A stretch of DNA of 64,000 nt. Source: Bacillales bacterium UBA3207. Lineage in GTDB: Bacteria > Bacillota_I > Bacilli_A > RFN20 > CAG-826. The notes under the pieces are model-generated. The model did not search any database. It saw only the letters and a program-made list of their open reading frames with translations, and was not told where the DNA came from. Location: positions 362-64,361 of the forward strand of contig DEWP01000018.1 in the NCBI GenBank assembly GCA_002363735.1, written 5' to 3'. Within the stretch, counting starts at the first letter, position 1, and each line of letters begins with the position of its first letter. Below, piece after piece: positions 56,904-64,000 of the stretch. The translations under genes and the position numbers were made by a program.

Positions 56904-57033
56904 TACAAATTGTTGAATATTTCTTTAAACAAATTTTCCTCCTATTTCTTAATGCTAAAAATTTCATAAAAAGTGTTCAAAAAGTTTTTAAAATGAATCA
57001 AAGACCTTCACTTGTTAAGGTCTAATTCATTTG

Positions 57034-57042
57034 TGATATAAT
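57034..57042 (+). promoter_or_regulatory. consensus extended -10 (TGATATAAT) 6 nt upstream of mutS2 ATG; leaderless-type layout
   Basis: TGATATAAT-GTGTGC-ATG, with a possible -35 TTGTTA at 57012-57017. No SD. Confidence 0.45.
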
Positions 57043-57048
57043 GTGTGC

Positions 57049-59370
57049 ATGCTTGACTTGTATGAGACTTTAGAAATCCGATATGTTCTTGAAGAAATTG
57101 CTTTAGAGACACATAGTGAAATCTCCAAAACAAAGATATTATCTTTGAGAATGTTTCAAAATAAAGAAATCATCTCCATATTATTAAAAGAAGTTGATGA
57201 GATGATGAATCTTCTTAAAGAAAAAGAATCTTTACCAATTCAAAGTTCTTTTAACTTAGAAAAATATCTTGAGATTGCTAAAAAAGGTGGAGTTCTTTCG
57301 ATCATGGAACTTGATCATATCGCTTTAGATATTGAAACAAGTCAAAAGCTTCATCAATACTTCCTTCATTTAGACGCTCATAAATATCCATCCATCTTTG
57401 AACTTAAAGAAAAATTCTACGATTTAACAAAGTTAGAGGATCAAATCCGTCATGTAATTTCACCTAATTTAAGTATTTATGACACGGCAAGTAGTGAACT
57501 GAACCGGATTCGCAAAGCGATTTTAAAATTATCGAGTTCAGTCCAAGATGTTTCACGTGGATTAATTCAAAAATATGCTGAATTTTTAAGTGAAAAAACA
57601 ATCACAATTCGGAACGATCACTTTGTTTTACCAGTGCAAACAAGTTATAAAAACAAAGTTCCTGGAATGATTCATGATATTTCTGATACTGGTTCGACCA
57701 CATTTGTTGAACCTCAAGAACTTGTTCAATTATCAAACCAAATTTATTCTCTCCGTGTCGAAGAAAAAGAAGAGATTTATCGATTACTCAAAGAACTTAC
57801 AAACAAAGTTGCATTCCATGAAAGTGAAATTACAAATAATAACAAACTCATTGCAAAATTAGATGAGATTAGCGCTAAAGCGATCTATGGAAATAAACAT
57901 CATTGTATTGTTGCATCACTTGCTGATGAACAAGTCATTTCACTAGTCGGTGCTCGTCACCCACTCATTAAAGACGATGTTGTTGTTGAAAATGATTTTG
58001 AAATGAATCAAGAACAATCAATGATTATTATTTCTGGACCAAATGCTGGTGGTAAAACCGTTGCTTTAAAAACATTAGGATTAATGGTGATGATGAACCA
58101 AATGGGTTTACCGATTCCAACAAAAGAAAAAGCAAATCTTGGATTTTTCCCAAAGATTTATGCTGACATCGGAGATAATCAATCACTAAGTGATAATCTT
58201 TCAACATTTGCCGCTCATGTTTCCAATTTAAGTACAATCACGCATTTTGTTACTGGAAAAGATTTAGTTTTACTTGATGAACTTGGAACAGGCACATCTC
58301 CTAGAGAAGGTGAAGCTCTTGCTTTAGCAGTTTCTGATTTTTTGTTAAAGAAACATACATTTTCAGTTATTTCTTCACACTTTGATAAGATGAAAGAATT
58401 TGCATACGCCAAAGAAAATGTCGTTAATGCCATGATGATCTTTGATGAAGAAAAGCTTCTTCCAACATATCGACTTAAAATTGGTAGCAGTGGTCGAAGC
58501 TATGGTTTAGAGATGGCATCTCGCTATCACTTAGATGCGAAAGTGATTAACCAAGCAAAACGTTATTTATCTAATGATAAATCAGTGTCTTTTAATGACA
58601 TCTTAGATCGTTTAAATCATCTTGTGAACGAAAACGAACAAAAAGAACGTTCATTAAATGAAAAAGAACGTTTATTAAACGGAAAAGAAAAACATATTCA
58701 TCACGAAGAAGAAGTTCTACGTGAAAAGAAAGAAAAGCTTTTAGAAGATGTCAAACACGAACAAAAGAAAATCATTGATCGAACAACCCAAAAAGTTGAT
58801 TTGATTATGAAAAACCTAGATAAAGACCAAATTAAACTGCACGAAATCATTCATGCTAAAACCGCATTAAAAGATTTATCAACCCAAGAAGAAGATGAAG
58901 AAATTTATCTGGATAACGGACCAATCTCTCTTGACGATTATGTTGAAGTTAAAGGTTTAGGTTTAGTTGGCAGAGTAAAGAAAATTAGTGGAGAAAAAGT
59001 TCAAGTTGTCACGGAAGATGGATTTGATGTTAAAACCAAACTGGACCAACTAGTGAAAGTTGATGAACCATTATCGCATAAACAATTAAAAAGTAATTTT
59101 AACCAAGATTTGCTGGTGAAAACTGATGTAAAACTTGAATTAAACATCATTGGTTATCACATCGATGAAGGTATTGAAGCTGTGAGCAAATATCTTGATG
59201 AATGTCGTTTAAGACACTTTAAAACTGTTCGCATTATTCATGGTATGGGTTCTGGTCAGCTCCGTAATGCGGTGCACGCTTATTTAAAGAAATGTGACTT
59301 TATCGAAGATTATCATTATGGTTCGACTTATGACGGAGGAACAGGAGCAACCGTTGTCACTTTAAAATGA
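57049..59370 (+). CDS. mutS2: endonuclease MutS2
   Basis: Walker A GPNAGGKT, DELGTGT, and a C-terminal Smr domain (LNIIGYH...IIHGMGSGQLR). ATG 57049 is preferred to the track GTG 57043. Confidence 0.93.
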   Translation: MLDLYETLEIRYVLEEIALETHSEISKTKILSLRMFQNKEIISILLKEVDEMMNLLKEKESLPIQSSFNLEKYLEIAKKGGVLSIMELDHIALDIETSQKLHQYFLHLDAHKYPSIFELKEKFYDLTKLEDQIRHVISPNLSIYDTASSELNRIRKAILKLSSSVQDVSRGLIQKYAEFLSEKTITIRNDHFVLPVQTSYKNKVPGMIHDISDTGSTTFVEPQELVQLSNQIYSLRVEEKEEIYRLLKELTNKVAFHESEITNNNKLIAKLDEISAKAIYGNKHHCIVASLADEQVISLVGARHPLIKDDVVVENDFEMNQEQSMIIISGPNAGGKTVALKTLGLMVMMNQMGLPIPTKEKANLGFFPKIYADIGDNQSLSDNLSTFAAHVSNLSTITHFVTGKDLVLLDELGTGTSPREGEALALAVSDFLLKKHTFSVISSHFDKMKEFAYAKENVVNAMMIFDEEKLLPTYRLKIGSSGRSYGLEMASRYHLDAKVINQAKRYLSNDKSVSFNDILDRLNHLVNENEQKERSLNEKERLLNGKEKHIHHEEEVLREKKEKLLEDVKHEQKKIIDRTTQKVDLIMKNLDKDQIKLHEIIHAKTALKDLSTQEEDEEIYLDNGPISLDDYVEVKGLGLVGRVKKISGEKVQVVTEDGFDVKTKLDQLVKVDEPLSHKQLKSNFNQDLLVKTDVKLELNIIGYHIDEGIEAVSKYLDECRLRHFKTVRIIHGMGSGQLRNAVHAYLKKCDFIEDYHYGSTYDGGTGATVVTLK

Positions 59371-61118
59371 CGGAAAAAGTTAAGTTAGCAATTCCTCTAT
59401 TACCACGTAAACCTGGTTGTTATTTAATGCATGATAAAACTGGTAAAGTGATTTACGTTGGAAAAGCAAAGAACCTTTTTAATCGTGTTTCGCAATACTT
59501 TTTAAGACCTCAAGTTGGTAAAGTTGCGGCCATGGTCTCACATGTTGATTATTTTGAAACAATCATCACCCATAGTGATAAAGAAGCATTTATTTTAGAG
59601 ATGAATTTGATTCATCAATATTATCCACGATATAACATCCTTCTAAAGGATGGAAAACATTATCCTTACATTGCATTAAAAAAGAAAAACGATCCTTATT
59701 TAAAAATTAGTCGAGATGAAAAAGATCCAAACTATTATTATTTTGGACCTTATCCAACTTCATCTCATGCTTATAAAGTAATTAATCTATTAAATAAAAT
59801 TTTTCCGACAAGAAAATGTCGCAACATTCCATCTACTCCATGTCTTTATTACCACATGGGCATGTGCTTAGGCCCATGCGTAAATAAAATTGATGAAAAA
59901 AAGAACGAAGAACTTTTTGAATCAATTAAATCTTTCTTAAATGGAACTAAAAATGACATTAAAAATCAATATAAAGAAAAGATGGCACTAGCCACAGAAA
60001 ACCTTGAATTTGAAAAAGCACAGGAATGTAAAGAAATTCTTGATGCAATTGAACACATCGTCTCGAAAGAAAATGTCGAGGATAAAGAACATATCTCAAA
60101 AGATGTCTTTGGTTATACGATTCGTGATGGTTATCTTTCCTTATCTGTTTTAACGTATCGGAAAGGTATTTTATTAGGTCAAGAATCATTTATTGTCGAA
60201 AGCTTTGATGATGTTGATGAACAGGTTACTGACCTCATTTTCCAATATTATCAAAATCATCAAAAACCCCAGCAAATCGTGGTTAATTCTACGCAAATCG
60301 CGGATATTTTATCATCGGTTTTAGATGCGAAAGTTATCTCAGTAACACGTGGAAAAAATATGGAAGCTGTCTCGATGGCAAACCTCAATGCCCAACAATC
60401 ATTAGACTCTCATTTTATGTCAGCTAGATTAAGTGATTCTAATCTTGAACTACTGGAAAATTTAGGAAGAAAACTACATTTAGAAACTCCATATCGAATC
60501 GAACTTTTCGATAATTCACACATCCAAGGTGATGCGCCAGTTGGTGTGGTTGTAGTCTTCATTAATGGTGAACCAGTGAAAAAGATGTATCGAAAGTTCA
60601 ACATTGAAGGAAAAGAAAAACGCGATGACTATGCTTCGATGAAAGAAGTGATGACTCGAAGATATTCTCGTTTAAAAGAAAATCATGAACCAATGCCAGA
60701 TTTAATCTTAACCGATGGTGGATTAGGACAAATTCATGCTGGTAAAGAAGTCATTCAAGAACTTGAACTAAACATTCCAGTCTATGGTTTATTTAAAAAT
60801 GACCGTCACCAAACAAAAGGTTTGATGGACGAAGACGGTAATGTCATTTCATTAGATGATGATAAATCATTATTCTTTCTTCTAGTGAGAATGCAAGACG
60901 AAGTTCATCGTTTCGCAATTACATTTCATCATCAAAAACGTAGTAAAAACTTTACAAAATCAATCCTTGACGATATTCCGGGACTTGGTTCAAAACGTCA
61001 ACAATTGCTTCTACAACAATATCAAGACATTGATCAACTGAAGAAAGCGACAGTGGAAGAGTTATCTCAATTTCTTCCGGTTGAAGTCGCCAAAGCTTTA
61101 AAAGAAAAACTTCAATAA
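59367..61118 (+). CDS. uvrC: excinuclease ABC subunit C
   Basis: GIY-YIG N-terminus (GCYLMHDKTGKVIYVGKAKNL), UvrBC domain and C-terminal HhH. ATGA overlap with mutS2. Confidence 0.96.
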   Translation: MTEKVKLAIPLLPRKPGCYLMHDKTGKVIYVGKAKNLFNRVSQYFLRPQVGKVAAMVSHVDYFETIITHSDKEAFILEMNLIHQYYPRYNILLKDGKHYPYIALKKKNDPYLKISRDEKDPNYYYFGPYPTSSHAYKVINLLNKIFPTRKCRNIPSTPCLYYHMGMCLGPCVNKIDEKKNEELFESIKSFLNGTKNDIKNQYKEKMALATENLEFEKAQECKEILDAIEHIVSKENVEDKEHISKDVFGYTIRDGYLSLSVLTYRKGILLGQESFIVESFDDVDEQVTDLIFQYYQNHQKPQQIVVNSTQIADILSSVLDAKVISVTRGKNMEAVSMANLNAQQSLDSHFMSARLSDSNLELLENLGRKLHLETPYRIELFDNSHIQGDAPVGVVVVFINGEPVKKMYRKFNIEGKEKRDDYASMKEVMTRRYSRLKENHEPMPDLILTDGGLGQIHAGKEVIQELELNIPVYGLFKNDRHQTKGLMDEDGNVISLDDDKSLFFLLVRMQDEVHRFAITFHHQKRSKNFTKSILDDIPGLGSKRQQLLLQQYQDIDQLKKATVEELSQFLPVEVAKALKEKLQ

Positions 61119-61166
61119 GCAATCAATATCGATTGATAATTCACAAAAATAAAAGATGACTATTTG

Positions 61167-61195
61167 TTGAAATTATTCTTTTAATAGAATATATT
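61167..61195 (+). promoter_or_regulatory. tRNA-Arg promoter
   Basis: TTGAAA, 17 nt, TATATT, ending 9 nt before the mature tRNA 5' end. Confidence 0.5.
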
Positions 61196-61204
61196 TAATG
61201 CGCT

Positions 61205-61278
<74 letters not shown>

Positions 61279-61295
61279 CCCTTTACAAAGTAAAG

Positions 61296-61325
61296 TCCAG
61301 TTCAAAATTGTTCTGGATTTTTCTT
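61296..61325 (+). terminator. weak intrinsic terminator after tRNA
   Basis: GTCCAG-(loop)-CTGGAT followed by TTTTTCTTTTATTTT. Confidence 0.45.
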
Positions 61326-61436
61326 TTATTTTAACAAAAGCAGTGGGAACAAATTTAACAAAACAGATTAGCACTCTTAAATAGTAAGTGCTTGACTCTC
61401 TCTAGGTAAAATAAATTTATATATGGAGGAACCACA

Positions 61437-61799
61437 ATGAAAAAATTAAAAATATCTCTGTGGATTTCATCGCTAACATTATGGTTTATTAGTTTTATTT
61501 GTGTTTGTTTAACCGGATTTACAAAATCATATTCTCAGGGAACTGACTATCTTAAAACCAGTATTTATGGTACATCAATCAATTACCATAGCACTACTTC
61601 AGGCTCCTATAATAAACATAATTTATTTAAGGTAGCACCTGGTGCCGGTGTTGTTTTACTACTTATCGTTTCATTGCTTTTAGTTAGTATAGTTATTTTT
61701 ATAATTCGTCGTAATATTAAAACAGCTAGATTGGTTTTTTATGTTTCTTTATTCACTATAATTACCGCTGTTCTTACTCCTTTTATAATCTCTGCCTAA
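61437..61799 (+). CDS. small integral membrane protein, unknown function
   Basis: 120 aa with three predicted TM helices. SD GGAGG 7 nt upstream. Confidence 0.6.
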   Translation: MKKLKISLWISSLTLWFISFICVCLTGFTKSYSQGTDYLKTSIYGTSINYHSTTSGSYNKHNLFKVAPGAGVVLLLIVSLLLVSIVIFIIRRNIKTARLVFYVSLFTIITAVLTPFIISA

Positions 61800-62010
61800 A
61801 GTGCTAGCACAACGACAGGAGTAAAAGGAGCGTGGTCCATGAGCAGATTAATTGTTGAACCACGACCAGCAGGTGTTGCCTTTATTGTTTGCTTATTGCT
61901 AGCATCAAAAGACACAAGAGCAATTAGACATTCATATTCTTAAAAATGTATTAGTATTCGTTGTTGTTAAGCAATTGTTAATATATACAAATCGTAAACG
62001 CCATATCATA

Positions 62011-62046
62011 AAAAGCATCGCCCAGTATTATTTGAGCGATGTTTTT
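62011..62046. terminator. bidirectional intrinsic terminator
   Basis: AAAAGCATCGC-(14 nt)-GCGATGTTTTT, 4 nt from the stop of the minus-strand ORF. Confidence 0.6.
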
Positions 62047-62050
62047 AATG

Positions 62051-64000
62051 TTATTGAACTAAATGTTCTTCTAGGAATGGGACAATGCACCAATTTCCAC
62101 TTGTCAGGATATGATTACGCCCTTCGGTTTGAAATTCTCGGCTATTTTCCCATCTGATATATCCACCAAGAGAAATTGTTTCTCCAGCGTTAATCTTTGT
62201 TTTTAGGAATTGCTCTAGTGCTGTACCAAAGCTATTTAGTTTTTCTCCATTTGAACAAGAATGATAATCAGTCGTGACGTTCACAATTGATCCATTGCTC
62301 AAACGAACATAAAATTCGTATCTATTGTTTCTAACAGAAATATCACTTTTATTTATTAGTTCGAGTGTAGTACTAATAGATCCCCGCTTAACACGATAAA
62401 CCTCGTCACCAGCAATTGTTAGGTTTGTAACACGACCGACTTGATTAAACATCATTGGACCTGCCCACCACTCATTATTTAATAATCCAGATTGATCAAA
62501 AACAAACGAGCTTGCATCTTTAACTTGATGAGTCGTGTCTCCCGGTCTAATTCCTCGACACTCAGTAATGTATGCTAGTGTAATGTTTCCATACTTACAA
62601 TAAAGCCGCCCCTTTACAAAAACGTTTTGGCCTACCATATGATGATATTCTTGTAATAGGAAGTAGGTACAATTATCTAATTGATAAAGTTCAATAAAAT
62701 GATCGCCATCTTGAAGAAGACCAAAACTTAAGTCAGGTGCGACATAGATTAATTTTCCCTGAGTTTCAATCACGTCAGAATACGAAAAACTAAACGATCC
62801 GTTGTTTTCATCTTTCAAGAATTTAAATTCACCAGTCAAAGGATCTTTAGAATAAATATCTTCAAGTGTAGCTTTTCTTATCTCATATGTTACCGGAGTA
62901 AGAACAATCACCGCTTTGCGTTTTTGCGTGATACCCGAGCATTCCGCGGTTACAACCACATTAATACGAGGATACATTTTCGTTTCAACTACATCTTTTG
63001 AAGGGAAGTTTTTAATAAAAACAACCTCTCCTTTAGTATATTCATCGTATTCATAAGTAATTACTTCATCGAAGTAGTTATTAAGATCGACTTCCACTCC
63101 ATTTATTGTGGCGCTATATTCATAACTAAGCGAGATATCAAAACCATCATTTGGACTCACACTATAATGATGTGATGTTCTTGCTACAAAGAAGGCTTGA
63201 CGACTAGTATGATCAAAGTAGGTCTCGTAATCATAAGTAAGAAAAAGACCTTCTCCAACTTCAATTGCCGTATTGAAAGCAGAAGTAAAGGCATCTTCAG
63301 AAATAACCACAATCTTTAAATCTGTTGTTAGATTTTTATATTTAAAATGCACTACAGTAGTGCCCATTCTTGCGCAACTAATAACATAACGGTGCTCTTC
63401 GGATGAGTATTGGACCATACAAAGTGTTTTATCTTCGATGTCAAACTCTAAATTATCGTCTTCGCTATTGACTGTTTCGATAATACCGCCGAATTTAGTT
63501 GTGCTTAGTTTAATATCTAGTACTGAGGATTTGTTAATTGCAAAATCGCTCTTAGCAGAAACGGTTAAAGTATCGTATACTTCGGCAATTTTAATTGTTT
63601 GATCAGTAAGTTCGACTTCAACAAAGTTATTAGCCCATGAACTACCAAAAGTAAATTTTTCAAATGTTGAAGCATCATAAGGAATTTTAAGAGTTGTTTT
63701 GTTTGGAACATACACAAAGGCATTTTGGCCAATTCTTCTAACCGACTCAGGAAACTCAATTCTTCTTTCAATATCAAATGATTTATCAGTCATTCCTGAT
63801 GGATAAAAACTGTCAGCTACCATGGAAATTGTTTTCCCAAAGTGAATGGCAGGAATTTTGATATTACTCAAATATTTAGCTTTTCCTAAACCAACGGCAT
63901 ACGTGTCGTCATTCATTAAGAAATAATCTAATCCTTGTTCTTCAACACGGATGTTGCCCATAAGGCTCCATCCAGTATCGAGCTTAACATAGAAATCCCA
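62051..64000 (-). CDS. large beta-rich protein with BspA-type leucine-rich repeats, 5' end outside the window
   Basis: The frame stays open from ATG 63961 to the window edge (WDFYVKLDTGWSL precedes the M), so the gene is truncated here. LRR_5-like units are present (FPESVRRIGQNAFVYVPNKTTLKIP). The rest has no recognisable catalytic motif. Confidence 0.65.
   Translation of the reverse strand, partial: WDFYVKLDTGWSLMGNIRVEEQGLDYFLMNDDTYAVGLGKAKYLSNIKIPAIHFGKTISMVADSFYPSGMTDKSFDIERRIEFPESVRRIGQNAFVYVPNKTTLKIPYDASTFEKFTFGSSWANNFVEVELTDQTIKIAEVYDTLTVSAKSDFAINKSSVLDIKLSTTKFGGIIETVNSEDDNLEFDIEDKTLCMVQYSSEEHRYVISCARMGTTVVHFKYKNLTTDLKIVVISEDAFTSAFNTAIEVGEGLFLTYDYETYFDHTSRQAFFVARTSHHYSVSPNDGFDISLSYEYSATINGVEVDLNNYFDEVITYEYDEYTKGEVVFIKNFPSKDVVETKMYPRINVVVTAECSGITQKRKAVIVLTPVTYEIRKATLEDIYSKDPLTGEFKFLKDENNGSFSFSYSDVIETQGKLIYVAPDLSFGLLQDGDHFIELYQLDNCTYFLLQEYHHMVGQNVFVKGRLYCKYGNITLAYITECRGIRPGDTTHQVKDASSFVFDQSGLLNNEWWAGPMMFNQVGRVTNLTIAGDEVYRVKRGSISTTLELINKSDISVRNNRYEFYVRLSNGSIVNVTTDYHSCSNGEKLNSFGTALEQFLKTKINAGETISLGGYIRWENSREFQTEGRNHILTSGNWCIVPFLEEHLVQ

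Noticed and set aside
57002-57024. Hairpin AGACCTT-N8-AAGGTCT overlapping the mutS2 -35 region, considered as a terminator or small RNA.
   Set aside because: No gene reads into it from either side, it is only a 7-bp stem, and the T-run is poor on the plus strand. A regulatory role is possible but cannot be supported from sequence alone.

Overview
Low-GC, very gene-dense 64-kb chromosomal window. It reads cleanly with the standard code, and UGA is a stop (pepV, mraZ, rsmH). Almost all of it is housekeeping with Bacillus-like synteny. Gene order: leuS-coaX-pepV-trmB-pncB; LacI-type regulator-tyrS-lipoprotein; rpsD; ezrA-nifZ-thiI; infC-rpmI-rplT; surface 5'-nucleotidase; thrS; ROK kinase-EEP phosphoesterase; dnaB(DnaD-type)-dnaI; nrnA-dnaE-polA-mutM::coaE; ackA; glgP-dUTPase; DUF523; ygjP-like-trmH-like; a 1055-aa lipoprotein; pheST-yceD; endonuclease I lipoprotein; mraZ-rsmH-(54-aa TM ORF)-ftsA-ftsZ; ileS-lspA-rluD; rnhC plus a RelB/DinJ-like gene; mutS2-uvrC; tRNA-Arg(UCU); a small membrane protein; and a large LRR-type ORF that runs off the right edge. 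Readable RNA elements are three T-box leaders (thrS/ACC, pheS/UUC, ileS/AUC), an L20-type attenuator before infC, a long rpsD leader and many intrinsic terminators. I saw no rRNA, CRISPR array, transposase, integrase or recognisable defence gene, and I could not identify a convincing novel multi-gene system. The observations most worth a second look are: (1) a DnaA-box cluster in front of dnaB-dnaI; (2) a repeated promoter layout (extended -10 placed 6-7 nt before an SD-less ATG) that implies leaderless mRNAs; (3) an Fpg::CoaE fusion ORF; (4) a minimal dcw cluster with MraZ-type repeats and an untracked small membrane ORF; (5) an orphan RelB/DinJ-like gene translationally coupled to RNase HIII; (6) a modular giant lipoprotein; (7) the unresolved block after tRNA-Arg. 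Lineage is inference only. The dcw cluster without PBP/mur genes, the TGS-less ThrRS, the SAC-lipobox lipoproteins with Ser/Thr/Pro linkers and the surface nuclease/nucleotidase genes suggest a wall-less Mollicutes-like organism with UGA as stop (Acholeplasma-type), or a close relative.
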